From positions 37,882,001 to 37,946,000 of the forward strand of contig NC_083243.1 of NCBI RefSeq assembly GCF_032191835.1: a stretch of DNA of 64,000 nucleotides, written 5' to 3'. Made by a program: the position numbers and the translations under genes. The stretch is from Heteronotia binoei. Lineage: Eukaryota. The notes below the pieces were generated by a model. It worked only from the letters and a program-made list of their open reading frames with translations, searched no databases and was not told where the DNA came from. Shown in pieces: positions 38,063 to 50,363 of the stretch (position 1 is its first letter; the number at the start of each line of letters is the position of its first letter).

Positions 38063-38380
38063 TGTAATATAGTAGGTTCAATGCATGGTAGAGGCGCGGT
38101 GGTAGTGAATCATCAGCTCTTTATTGATTACAGCATCCTGAGGCATACACATAAGACTAGCTAACTGGGCCCACAGGGCCAACTATATATACTCCCGTGT
38201 TCCCGCGCAAGTGTTTGATTGGACCATTCAAACCAGCAGGGGGCCTGTGATTGGAGCAGGGCAGCAGGGTTTTGGATCCTGCTGCCCATTGTTCCCAAGT
38301 CCCCAAGCTCTGGTCTTCTGGCTTCAATGAGCCCGGCAGGAGCACGCTTTCAGTTCTCACTTGAGTCTGCATACATTACA
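38063..38380 (-). mobile_element. Solo LTR with intact promoter and polyA motifs
   Basis: TGTAAT...ATTACA termini, perfect 5-bp TSD GGATC; on - strand two CCAAT boxes (38249-54, 38217-22), TATATATA (38184-91), AATAAA (38120-25). Confidence 0.85.
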
Positions 38381-39127
38381 GGATCCAACCCACTGGGTTT
38401 TAAGGGGAATTTTTTTTGGGGGGGGGGGGCTGCTGGAACTGGTTTTGCCTTTCCTGGCTGTTGGCAGTGGACCACAATGGTAGCAATCAGATTCTGTGCA
38501 GGTGGCAGTAACTAAGGACAGCCATGTACTGGAGACCTCCTGTCCTAAAAAAAAAATTCTGTACTGAGGTGATATAAACATTTTGTGCCCAGAATTTTGC
38601 CACCTGTTCAAATTAAGAATGCCTGCTTTTAAAAAAAATGCCTTGATTTTTTATTTCTGCTGTGAGTCAGTTACACCCATACAATGCCCCTCTACAGAAT
38701 GTGACCTGGATCTTGAATTGTCATTCCATTGGTGTAGCAGCAGTCCAACTGTTCATCAACGAGGCCCCAGGAGATTTCTACCAATTTGCCTTACCCTCTG
38801 CAAACCCTCGCTTAGCCCCACATTGTTCCTATAGATCCCCTGATGCAGAAGAACACAATTTGTGGAGGGGGCACAGAAGGCTGCAGTAGGAAGGGGAAGC
38901 AAAAATTTTGCCGTGTGAAATAGGAAAACCCAGCTGGTGTCATGAATGGAAAATAATTTGTGACTGTAAAGCAATTTGGAGCGAGACTCAAACAGATCTC
39001 ATGCATCAATGCTGTCGATCATGCATCTTGTGTGTGCCTCAACAATCCTACTTGCATCTAACTCCTGTCTCCCCTTAGCGGTATTGACACTGATTGTGGA
39101 CTAAATTTGGATCAGCGAGCCACTGAT

Positions 39128-41012
39128 TTATAGAATCATAATCATAGAGTTGGAAGGGACCACCAGGGTCATCTAGTCCAACCCCCTGAACAATGCAGGA
39201 AACTCACAAACACCTCTCCCAAAATTCACAGGATCTTCATCACTGTCAGATGGCCTCTGTTTAAAAACCTCCAAGGAAGGAGAGCCCACCACCTCCCGAG
39301 GAAGCCTGTTCCACTGAGGAATCACTCTAACTGTCAGGAAGTTCTTCCTAATGTTGAGCCGGCCCGGAAACTCTTTTGATTTAATTTCAACCCATTGGTT
39401 CTGGTCCTACTTTCCAGGGCCAAAGAAAACAATTCCACACCATCCTCTAGATGACAGCTCTTCAAGTACTTGAAGATGGTGATCATATCACCTCTCAGCC
39501 GCCTTCTCTCCCGGCTAAACATCCCCAGCTCCTTCAACCTTTCCTCATAGGACTTGGTCTCCAGACCCCTCACTATCTTCATCGCCCTCCTCTGGACCCA
39601 TTCCATCTTGTCTATATCCTTCTTAAAATGTGGTGCCCAAAACTGAACACAATACTCTAGGTGAGGTCTTACCAGAGCAGAGTAAAGTGATACTATCACA
39701 TCGTGTGATCTGGACACTATACTTCTGTTGATACAGCCCAAAATTGCATTTGCCTTTTTAGCCACCGCATCACACTGTTGACTCATGTTCAGCGTATGAT
39801 CCACTAAGACCCCTAGATCCTTTTCGCACATACTACTGCTAAGACAAGTCTCCTCCATCCTATAACCATGCATTGGATTTTTCCTACCTAAATGCAGAAC
39901 TTTACATTTATCCCTGTCAAAATTCATTTTATTGATTTTAGCCCAGTTTTCCAGCCTGTCAAGGTCATCCTGTATCCTGTTTCTGTCATCTTCTGTGTTT
40001 GCAACCCCTCCCAACTTAGTATCATCTGCAAATTTAATAAGCATTCCTTCTATTCCTTCATCCAAATCATTGATAAAGATGTTGAACAAAACAGGTGCCT
40101 TGAGGCACTCCACTTGTCACTCCTCTGCAAGAGGATGAGGAACCATTCACAAGCACTCTTTGGGTGCGATCTGTCAACCAGTTACAGATCCATCTAACGG
40201 TAACAGGATTCAAACCACATTTTACCAACTTGTCAACAAGGATAGTATGTGGAACCTTATCAAAAACCTTATTGAAATCAAGATGAACAATGTCTAGAGC
40301 ATTCCCCTGATCCAGCAAGGTAGTCATTTGCTCAAAAAAGGAGATCAGGTTAGTCTGACATGACTTGTTCTTGAGAAAACCATGCTGGCTCTTAGTAATC
40401 ACATCCATTCTTTCTAAATGTTCCAGGACTGACTGTTTGGTGATTTGTTCTAAAACTTTTCCAGGTATAAATGTCAAGCTGACAGGTTGGTAGTTACCCG
40501 GATCGGCTTTTTTCCCCTTCTTGAAGATGGGGACAACATTCACCCGCCTCCAATCTTCCGGCACCTCTCCTGTTCTCCAAGAATTCTCAAAAATAATAGC
40601 CAGAGGCTCAGAAATTACATCCGCAAGCTCTTTTAGAACCCTTGGATGCAATTCATCTGGCCCTGAGGACTTAGTTTCATTTAAAGAAACTAGGTGTTTA
40701 TGTACTACCTTTATATCGATCCTAGGTTGGAACTTCATACACTCCTTATATGTTCTGTTTTTGCCATGCTGAGCACCATTTCCCGCAGAAGAGAAGACTG
40801 AGGAAAAGTAGGCATTGAGCAGTTCCACCCTCTCTTCATTACCTGTAACAATTTCACTTTCTTGCCCTCGCAATGGGCCTACCATGTCCTTGCTCTTTTT
40901 CTTACTCTGAACATAAGAAAAGAACCCTTTTTTGATGTTTTTAGCATCTTTGGCCAGCCTAAGCTCATACTGAGCTTTAGCTTTCCTAACTTTTTCTCTA
41001 CAAGCACTGATT
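39128..41012 (-). mobile_element. 5'-truncated CR1 LINE with the reverse transcriptase domain
   Basis: ORFs 40067-41290 and 39334-40113 encode RT (HGFLKNKSCQTNL, GVPQG, FADDTKL) joined by a frameshifting deletion near 40095; ATTCTATG-type tail. Confidence 0.95.
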
Positions 41013-41526
41013 TTGCCCCCCCCCTTTTTTTCTGAACTGATAATGAGGGCTCTGGAGAGGCCATCACCAAGGTTTTCTGGTTGCCTCCCTGGTGTCTTGC
41101 AGGCATCTTGCCAGCTCCATGGCAACATGGTAATGTTGTGTGCTAAACAGGGATGAGCTGTGTACTGGAAAACTCTCAGTAATGTTACCAAAGAAGTTGA
41201 AATACCGCTTGGTATTGTGGCCAACACCCCTCCCCACCATGCCCTGTTGGCTCCTGGAGTTGCCATAATAGCAAACTCTAGTCCAATCACATCATCACAC
41301 AGAAGCTAAGCAAGGTCAGGGCTTGGATGGGATACCACCAAGGAAGACAGGGGCTGCTATGCAGAGGAAAGCCATGGCAAACCACCTCTGCTCATCTCTT
41401 GCCTTGAAAACCCAATGAGATGGGACTTCATCGGGTTACTGTGAGTGGGTTGTGGCTCAAGGCAAATAGCTGGAGTTGTGGCATGTGAAGGCAGAAAGGA
41501 CTCCTGAAGATGATGGAAAGGACTCC

Positions 41527-41889
41527 TGAAGATAGTGAGTGGTCTGGAGACCAAGTCCTATGAGGAAAGGTTGAAGGAGCTGGGCATGTTTAGCCTGGAG
41601 AGAAGGCGGCTGAAAGTTGATATGATACCAGTGGGTTGAAATTAAATCAAAAGAGTTTCCAGCTCAACATTAGGAAGAACTTCCTTACCGTTAGAGCAAT
41701 TCCTCAGTGGAACAGGCTTCCTTGGGAAGTGGTGGGCTCTCCTTCCTTGGAGATTTTTAAACAGAGGCTAGATGGCCATCTGACAGCGATGAAGATCCTG
41801 TGAATTTGGGGTAGGTATTTGTGGGTTTCCTGCATTGTGCAGGGGATTGGACTAGATGACCCTGGTGGTCCCTTCCAACTCTATGATTC
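41527..41889 (+). mobile_element. CR1 3' fragment of the same subfamily as 39128-41012, opposite orientation
   Basis: Aligns to about 39130-39575 with an internal deletion of about 80 bp; tail ctatgattc. Confidence 0.9.
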
Positions 41890-42554
41890 CTCTGCCTCAA
41901 GAGAGGGGCATTTCAGCAGATGTATTTTTGCCATTCAGGGACAAGAAGCATGAGCTTGCTTGCTGAAATCCCTCTTTTACATTACAATTCAAAAGCCAGA
42001 GAAACCTCCACTCCTGTCCTGGCAGAGGGAATGGGCTGGGAGAAGAGGAGATTTGGGGGATACATTCCCTCAACATTTCCAAGTCAAATCTTGAAAATTG
42101 TGCTTCCATTCTAATTTTGGTCCCCCAAAGATTTCATCCTCTCAGGGCCAGTGCAGCCAGACCAATACATTGTCAACATCTCCTTCTTCCCCTGCGGCCA
42201 GCTAGGAGCCTCCAGGATAGACCACGGGCAACACAAAAGCAGAAAAAGAAGATGTATAAGTCCTTTGGAGGACTGGGCTTTTGCAACGCAAGATGTTGGA
42301 TTCACTGTGACATCTGTGAATTGTGTTGTCACTGCATTCTAATTGTAAATTGTGTGACCCACACCAGTCACAAAAACAGCAAACCCAAACCATCCACAGA
42401 TAACGGTTCAGTTTCTGCGTATTCAGAGAACTCTTCCAGTATGTAGGGAAATATGACTTTGTGAATTAACTAGATGAAAAATGGGAGGGGAGCCCTTAAA
42501 ATGGCTTAAAGTTGACAGAGCATACTCCAGGAGGCACAGGATGTTAAATGCAGG

Positions 42555-42758
42555 CAGGGCTTTTTTTGTAGAAAAAGCCCAGCAGGAACTCATTTGCATA
42601 TTAGGCCACACCCCCTGGCATCACTGTTGTTCCACACAGGGCTTTTTTTGTAGAAGAAGCCCAGCTGGGACTCATTTGCATATTAGGCCACACCCTGACA
42701 CCAAGCCAGCTGGAACTGTGTTCCTGGGCGTTCCTGCTAAAAAAAAAAACAAAACCTG
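42555..42758. mobile_element. hAT MITE with an internal tandem duplication and two octamer motifs
   Basis: CAGGGCTTTTTTT unit twice; ATTTGCAT at 42592-99 and 42674-81; decayed TSD aatgcagg/agtgcaga. Confidence 0.75.
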
Positions 42759-43159
42759 AGTGCAGATGAGAGTCAATTAAAGGAAACAAGAATCATAGAG
42801 GGGATAGGAAAATTGAGAACCTATAAAATCCTAGAGGAGCAGATTTGTTGGGGGGGGGTGTAAGGGAATTTCCAAATGGCTGATGGATGTGAATCCTAAT
42901 TGTTGGGCATGGATATTGGCACACCAACCCAGATGATGCATGGACCCACCACTGGGTAGTGACCTCTGATTCGTATTACAGATTTAATGCACATTTGCCA
43001 AATTAGAACAAGAGAGCTAAATGAACATTCACGCCTAACACTAGGACATAATTTAGGCCTAAAGTCCATCATAAAATGAAACCCCTTCCTTCACTGGGGC
43101 TCCTCCCTTTGCAGTTTTCTGACACTTGACAAATGACTTCCAATTGACTGCAGGCCTAC

Positions 43160-43599
43160 CTCTGTTCTTCTGTTCGCACTGCCTTCTTCATCCTTCTTCT
43201 CTTCAGGCAAGGGAACAAGTGGAAAGCCTCCTTCGCTGGCGTCCTCTTTTGAGTGATGCGCCTGGGGGCTCCTCGTTTCGTCTTCAGAGTTACGGAAGTC
43301 ATACTTGCGAGCCCGGAAAGCCACTTTCATGGACCGATCTGGGTCTTCGTCACCTTCGTTCTCTTCTGTACGCTTCGTTGTGGTCAGCTGCTTGGCCAGC
43401 TCATCCATTTTGTTCCATCTCTTTGCATCTTCTAAATCTTTGGAGGCCTCCTCTCCCGTCTCTTCACTTCCAGTATCTCTGAGGCGTGAAGGCTCTTCGG
43501 CCTGCGTGGTTTCCTCAAGAGAGTGATGCCTCCCGCCTTTCATGCTACGGTATTTCTCTCTCTCTTCCAGAGGCTTGTCATCCTTAGCGCCTTCATTTT
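43160..43599 (-). CDS. CHGA: Chromogranin A exon 7 equivalent (WE-14, catestatin)
   Basis: ttcttcag|AA...GAG|gtaggc; 440 nt; contains KR-WNKMDELAKQLTTT-KR, RSMKVAFRARKYDFR and EEKKDEEGSANRRTE. Confidence 0.97.
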
Positions 43600-44304
43600 C
43601 TGAAGAAAATAAAAGGACAGAACAAATTAAATATGGATCCTAAAAATGCCAGCTGTTGAAGCCCAAATGTATTCTTTATAGAGAAGTGTTCTAAAGGAAT
43701 CACGTCATATGTTGCATTTTTGGAGGTACACATATGTTTTTAAATACCTAAAATATATGATATAATTTGGAGCAGAAGTGTTTGCAAATGCTGATATACC
43801 ACTGTGATTGTTAAGGAGCCAAGATCGGCTGCTGCCCTCTGCTAGGGGTGCACTTGTAGTACATCTGGGTTTCCCTCTACCATATGCATGGTGGACTTAC
43901 TCTAGGGGCCAAGATCGCCTTTCAGCCTGGGCTATCATTTGGTGCAATTTAGGGACAGGAGTCCTTCTCCATCATCAGAAACAGCTTCTTACCCTCAATT
44001 CAGACACATAAGCCTGCCTTATACCAAGTCAGACCATTGGTCTAGCTAGGTAAGTATTGTCTGACTCTAGTCTGACTGGCAGGTGCTCTCCAAGGTGGAG
44101 GTATTCCACATCACCAGCTACCCAATACTTTAAAATGGTGATACCTGGGACCTTCTGCAAGCAGATGCTCTACCTCCAGGCCATGGCCCCTCCCCCAAAT
44201 GTATTTAAACCAGTTCTACCCCACATATTCAAAAGCTCAAAACAGCTTACAACCCCCCCCCAACCCCCAATATTTACTGAAAGCATTACACCACAGTCTA
44301 TTAA

Positions 44305-44560
44305 AAGTAAAGGTAGTCCCTTGTGCAAGCACCAGTCATTTCCAACTCTGGGGTGACGTCGCATCACGACATTTTCACGACAGACTTTTTACAGGGTGGT
44401 TTGCCATTGCCTTCCCCAGTCATCTACACTTTACCCCCAGCAAGCTGGGTATTCATTCTACCAACCTGAGTCAACCTTGAGCTGGCTACCTGAACCTAGC
44501 TTCCGCCGAGATCAAACTCAGATCACGAGCAGAGCTTGGACTGTAATACTGCAGTTTACC
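44305..44560 (-). mobile_element. Sauria-type SINE
   Basis: aaaggtagtcccttgtgcaagcaccagtc tail and shared body. Confidence 0.82.
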
Positions 44561-45445
44561 AATTCCAAAAAAGACAGTGCTTGATGATAAAGTAACACAC
44601 ACACACACTGATAATCCACTAGTCATCACTCATAAAACAGGAATTAGGAAGGTGATGCTGTCCTGTATAGCACAGCATAGCCAAATTTAAGCATTTTCAT
44701 GTTCTACTTCTTATTCAAACAAGGGAAAGAAATCTGTGTTTACATCTCTCCTGTAGAAGTCAATGAGATGTAAAAATCAAAAGTGTAACTTTTGGCAGAA
44801 TTCTGGTCCCTTTGTGAGAATTCAGAATCTAGATCATGTACAAGAACAATGCAGTCCTATAGACAGTCACTCCGGTCTAAGCCCATTCATTTCAATAAGC
44901 CCACACTGGAGTAACTCTACATAAGATTGCACTGGAAGTCACCTAAGGTCAACAAGAAAAGGGAGCAAAGGCTTCTGTGTTATACATGCCTGGATGCAAA
45001 GGGTCAGGAACAAACGTGGACAAGGAGAGGAGACTGCAAACAGTGCAATTTCCCTGTGCAGAATTCCCTTATTATGGAGCATTTTTGAGCAATCTGAACA
45101 TTTGAATGGCCTCCATCTCCAAACAAGTGTGCTTAAAACCACAACTTAAGTTTAGTGACATGACGGAACAGCCTTGTCCACTGGTACAAGAAACAGGGCT
45201 TTAGAGACATAACAAGAGCTCTGCTAGATCAGACCAGTGGTCCATCTAGTCCAGCATCCTGTCTCACATAGTGGCCAACCAGTTCCTATGGAGGGCTAAC
45301 AACAGGACATAGAGGCCCTGGCCAAGGCCTTCTGATGTTGCCTCTTTTAGAAGTTTAAATAAAATGGATCATGTGGTTCATAAAGTTCAGACTGACAATG
45401 CTGATAAGCACATAGCTCACCAGAGGACAAATCACGCATGAACAC

Positions 45446-46420
45446 TGTCATGTGGGACAGCCTGACCAGCCTTAGTCCAGCATAGCTGAAGCCTCCTCAG
45501 GAGTTGAGGAGCCACATGCAACCAGCCCTGAACCAGATTAAGTTAGCAAGCTAAAGAGGCAGGATCCTCGAGATTCATTGACAGCAGCTGACCCTGAACC
45601 ACCCACACCTAGCTCTGAAGTAGCCAATGAACCACAGCTGCATGAAATCAGTCCATCAGGCTCTCCCTCACTCATCAGACAGCAAAGGCAGAAGCTCCAG
45701 CAAGAATTACAGACATGAAGACAGAGTGCTTGGCTCTCGCCCCAGCACCAGTTGCTTGCTGACAACAGTTCTAACACCAGAAGCACCTTCAAGCAGATGG
45801 CTGTAAATAAGGCTTGTTAAGAAATACCTATATAAATCAGACCAGGAGGCTTGCAGATTGTAGAAGCAATATATCACAACCTGGTGAATTCTGCAACCAC
45901 AACACCAGACCCTGCTTTGCACCCTGTGACCTACGAGCTGAGTCTGGACTCTGCTTTTGGATCTGCCTGAACCTTGCTGTTAAATTTATTTTATTTATTT
46001 ATTTATTTGGGATTTCTATCCCGCCCTTCCCACGAATGGCTCAGGGCGGCTTCCAACAATTAATCAAACTTAAAAGTAAACAATTTCAAATATAAAACAG
46101 TTAAATAATTTAAGCAGTTAAAACATTAAAACAGAGTAATTCAGTTTCCTATGAACAGATGGCTGGCCAGTTTCCTCAAGTTGTTATCCTAGCTAAATGT
46201 AGGCTAGGTATAGGCTAGCCGGAAGAGGGTCGTCTTACAGGCCCTGCGGAACTGCGCCAAGTGACCTTGGACTGCGCCAAATGACCTTGGACTGACTGAA
46301 CGCTGTCTTCCTGGACAACCCATGAACTCTGTATGTTGCTGAACCAATAATTAACCTCTGGGTTGTACTCTTGACAGCAAACTAGCACTGTTGACCTGCT
46401 CTGCCTGCAACCTCAGGACA
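45446..46420 (+). mobile_element. Solo LTR interrupted by an L2 fragment
   Basis: TGTC...GACA termini, perfect 5-bp TSD AACAC, TATATAAA near 45829. Confidence 0.75.
45984..46260 (-). mobile_element. L2-clade LINE 3' end
   Basis: (AAAT)n tail; minus frame QFRRACKTTLFRLAYT* typical of an L2 ORF2 C-terminus. Confidence 0.75.
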
Positions 46421-46656
46421 AACACAAATGAAGCTACCTTATACTGAATCAAATTCTTGATCAAAGCAAGTATTGTCTACTCAGGCTGGCAGTGGTTGTC
46501 CAAAGTCTCAGCCAGAGGACTTTCACATTACCTACTGCTTGGTATTTTTTACTGGAGATGTGAGGGATTGAACCTGGGACCTTCTGCGTGCCAAGCAGAT
46601 GCTCTACCACTGAGCCACAGCCCCTCCCTGAAGCAAGGAGCTTGGGCATAACCTAC

Positions 46657-47172
46657 CAATTTCCTTTTGCTCATCCTCATCCTCTGAATTAGTAGCACGT
46701 TCCTCTTCAGAGTTCCCTCTCTCTTCCTCTTCCTCCTCCTCCTCCACCTCTTCATCCCCCTCTTCATCTTCAGCAGGGTCTTGGATAGTGTCCTCTACTT
46801 CTTCATGGCTCTCCTCTTGACTGTTTTTAGAAATACGTTCCTTCTCCTCAAACTCATCTGCTTCCTCTCTCCCTGCCGGCTCTTCGCCCTCTGGATGTCC
46901 CTGCTCATGTATCCCATCGCCTACAAGATCATCACGGATATGATTGTCAACAGCATCATCCCAAGGCAATTCTTCAGTCTCGCCAACTTCATTGCTTTCC
47001 ATCTCCTTTTCCTCTACAGGATCAGCTTCTCGAGCCCTCGTCTCTCTCTCTTCCAAGCTGTTGCTCCCATCCTCTTTTGACACATCCCTTTCATTGTCCA
47101 CTGGACTTCTCTCCTTCTCTAGCTCAGCAAAAGAAGTGGTGGGCTCTTCATTAGGGACCCCCTCTGGTAGAT
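46657..47172 (-). CDS. CHGA: Chromogranin A exon 6 equivalent (acidic region)
   Basis: ttgcag|AT...ATTG|gtaggt; 516 nt, open, Glu-rich; phases join flanking exons in frame. Confidence 0.92.
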
Positions 47173-47635
47173 CTGCAAGTCAAAAGTGTTTTAGAAAGCA
47201 GCCAGCAGGGAGGGACTCAATGTGTGAAGGCTGAATTCTCACTAAATACTATTCCAGTGCCTTCTTATGAAACAATCAAACCACTATTTACCATTCTCTG
47301 CCCCTATTGGGGGGGGGGGCAGGGCTTTGGAGAACTCTAGCTCAAAGTAGACGTAGAACTGTCTAACACGGAAACATCTAAAACATACTGATTTTCTCTT
47401 TCAGAAATCAGAGCATAGATGTAGTTTATTTATTTAGAGGTATTTCTATGGCTCCTTTCCCACATTTGGAACAAGCTGAAGATGTCAAATTGCAGTCTTA
47501 AACAGAGTTACACCCTTCTGGGTCCACTGACATGAAAAGACTTGAGATGGTAACTCTACTTGGGAGTACATGTAAATAAAACAATATTGATTAAGCATAG
47601 GCAAATAAGATTATGGGAGACAAGGGGGAGGCCAG

Positions 47636-47890
47636 GAAGAAGAAGATACTGGATTTATATCCCACCCTTCACAGAGTAGCTCACAATCTCCTTTATCCTC
47701 CTCCCACACAACAAACACCCTGTGAGGTAGGTGGGTCTTAGAGAGCTCTCTTAGAAGCTGCTCTTTCAAGGACAACTCTTGCAAGAGCTATGGGTAACCC
47801 AAGGCCATTCCAGCAGCTGCAAGTGGAGGAGTGGAGAATCAAACCCAGTTCTCCCAGATAAGAGTCCACGCACTTAACCACTACACCAAA
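47636..47890 (-). mobile_element. Squam3-type SINE (another copy at 55993-56271, -)
   Basis: cttaaccactacacc head complement; gatactggatttatatccc tail. Confidence 0.8.
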
Positions 47891-49039
47891 CAGACACAGG
47901 AGGCAGCCGACAGCAGTGAAAAGATATGGAAATGACATCATGCCTTTCTACGGATCACCAGGAATTATATGGTAAAACCATCGAGCTTCCAGTGATTCCT
48001 AGAGAGGTTCCTGCACTGTGCAGGGGGAGGACTAGATGACCCAGGAGGTCCCTTCCAACTCTATGATTCTATTATTCTAGGTGTGACATAACCTCTGGGG
48101 AAATCTGAAAATGGCATGTAATGCCATCAGCCTAGCAGCTTTTTTCTGCCACTACCATTCACAGCAGTAGTGGGAAACAGGAGCTGAAGTGTGAGAAATC
48201 TCCTCTCGCACTAGGGAACTGGCAACCCTGGTTGGATACAACCAGATTCACTACTGGTGAAAAAAGGAAGGAGGGGTCCCCACTAAACATCTCAAAAATG
48301 CTATGCTGGGGATCTGGGGTCCTGCATGTACAAAATCCATGTGGAATAGGGCTAGTTGGAGTAGTGCCGCAGTGCCTCTTTTGTCCACCTGGTCTCAGGC
48401 AGGCAGAAGCGGTAGCGAGGTGCTGGGCAGAGCATGCAGGATGGGCATAGGGAGGGGGCATCTAGCAGCACCCTGTAAGTCGCCTACTTGGCCTACTCCC
48501 ACACACCAGCCCTGGTAAGGAGGGGAGCTGAGAATGGATAACCTGGCTCATTCCAACCCTACTACTTTGAGCACTAATAAAAAGTGCTATAAAATATAAA
48601 GTAGGATGTTTTATTATTGTTGTGTACTTCTAAACAAGGCACCTGTTCTTCAACACAGGGAGGTATATCCATTTTGGGAGGCGCTATTCCAGTAGCCTAG
48701 TCTATGGCTCTTAGGCCCCAATGCAGCCTAAGCCACAGTAGTGGCACAGTAGTTTCCCAGTTCAACACTAATTTTCAGGTGATAAAGGAAAGGCAAAATT
48801 GATGAGGGAGGAAAATTTCAACACTTACTATTCAGAAAGCTGTCGGTTAATCATGGATGCTTTCCACAGCCATGAATCAATGTCAAAGTGAGAAGGAGAT
48901 CACCTAATTATAATGGTGCAGCAAAGACCTCCACTGGAGAGCATGTGTGTGTGAGTGTGAGTGTACCGTGGCCACAGGAAGTAACACCCACATTTGCGAG
49001 GCTCTGCCTGGATTTTACATGGGTTAAGCTGACACAAAC

Positions 49040-49138
49040 CTCTTTCTGTGTTCTTGTTACTTTGGCTTTCAAGGACTTCTGAAAGCTCATCTTCAAAACC
49101 ACTATTTTTCTTCTGCTGCTCCGTCCTTTCGCTGGCTC
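49040..49138 (-). CDS. CHGA: Chromogranin A exon 5 equivalent
   Basis: aacag|GA...AGAG|gtttgt; 99 nt; (G)ASERTEQQKKNSGFEDELSEVLESQSNKNTER. Confidence 0.96.
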
Positions 49139-50199
49139 CTGTTTCAACACACAGAAGGAGAGAGGGAAAGCATACTTGACAGATCTTCTCTTTGAAAGCA
49201 CACACTACAGAACTAAAAGGAACTCTTAGGGGAAAGAAGGAAGAGGAAATGAGGTGGCAGAAAGGACTGTATTTTGTTTTCTTTTTGCTTACATACATAC
49301 TCTATTTATATACTGCTTTTCTTCATTGCTTAAAGGGGTTTACCATAAAACAAGCAAATGATAAATTCCTGTCTCTCTCCTCTATTCCCAATATTAGTCC
49401 TGGTAGCTGAGTGAGTGTTTTAACCTAGGGTTGGCAACCTTCCGGTTGTGGTGGAGACCATCCAGAATTACAACTAGTCTTCAATGGACAGAGATAAGTC
49501 CCCCAGGAGAAAATGGCTGCTTTGGGGAGTGGCCTCTATGATAGTATACCATCCCATCCACCCCAGTTCCTGCCCTCTCCAGGCTCCATGTTAGGGTTGC
49601 CAGCTCTGGGTTAGGAAACACTTGGAGATTTTGGGGGTGGAGTCTGAGGAAGGTGGGATTTAAGGAAGCCCACCTTCTACAGCAGCCATTTTCTCCAGGT
49701 GCTGTACTGCTCATGATGAGATGAAACTCTGGACTGCATGCATCACATATTTGTTCTAATTATTTTTCTCTCACCTCCCCTAGTTTCAATAAGAAAAAAA
49801 AATTCTGCTGTAATTTCTCTCCCCCTTCAGTTGGGAGGAAATCTAAAGGATTTCACCCAAGGGAACCCCCCATGCCAGGTTTCATACCTAGAGGAGGCAA
49901 CTGAAATGCTCACTTGCACAGCAAACACAAAGAGGTATTTGGCAAGCCAAGGCAAGCCAAGCAGGAATAAAATGCTCCACATTTAGCAGGAACATGAGGC
50001 TCTCTGCCACACATACAGGGGCCAGTGGATGGTAACTTAGCCTGACTTCCACCTAAGTCTTCTACCCATTTTTGTGGCATTGGCATGTGTTTCCAGAGAG
50101 GATCCTCTACCTGTACATAACTAAAATAGTGCATTTCTGTGTGTATGGTTGGGGGAAGGTCTGTTATTAAACCAAAGTGAAGACATAAACCCTACCCCC

Positions 50200-50363
50200 C
50201 AGGGCTAATTTTGTACAGGAACTCCTTTGCATATTAGGCAGCCAATCTTCCAAGAGCTTACAGGGGTCTTCTTACAGGGCCTACTGTAAGCTCTTGGAGG
50301 ATTTGCTACAACAGGGGGGGTGTAGCCTAATATGCGAAGCAGTTCCTGCAAAAAAAAGCCCTG
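50200..50363. mobile_element. Palindromic hAT MITE; family also at 60238-60385 and 62100-62277
   Basis: CAGGGCT...AGCCCTG; family 8-bp TSDs GTTGTGAG (perfect, 60238 copy) and (C/T)TTACTAG (62100 copy). Confidence 0.8.

Noticed and set aside
46560-46632. tRNA genes (tRNA-like A/B boxes here and at 34300-34362, 44140-44197 and 58711-58770)
   Set aside because: They are heads of a repeated SINE family and no complete cloverleaf is evident
46781-47080. Plus-strand ORFs overlapping CHGA exons (also 43126-43482)
   Set aside because: Antisense shadows of purine-rich coding exons, with no independent support
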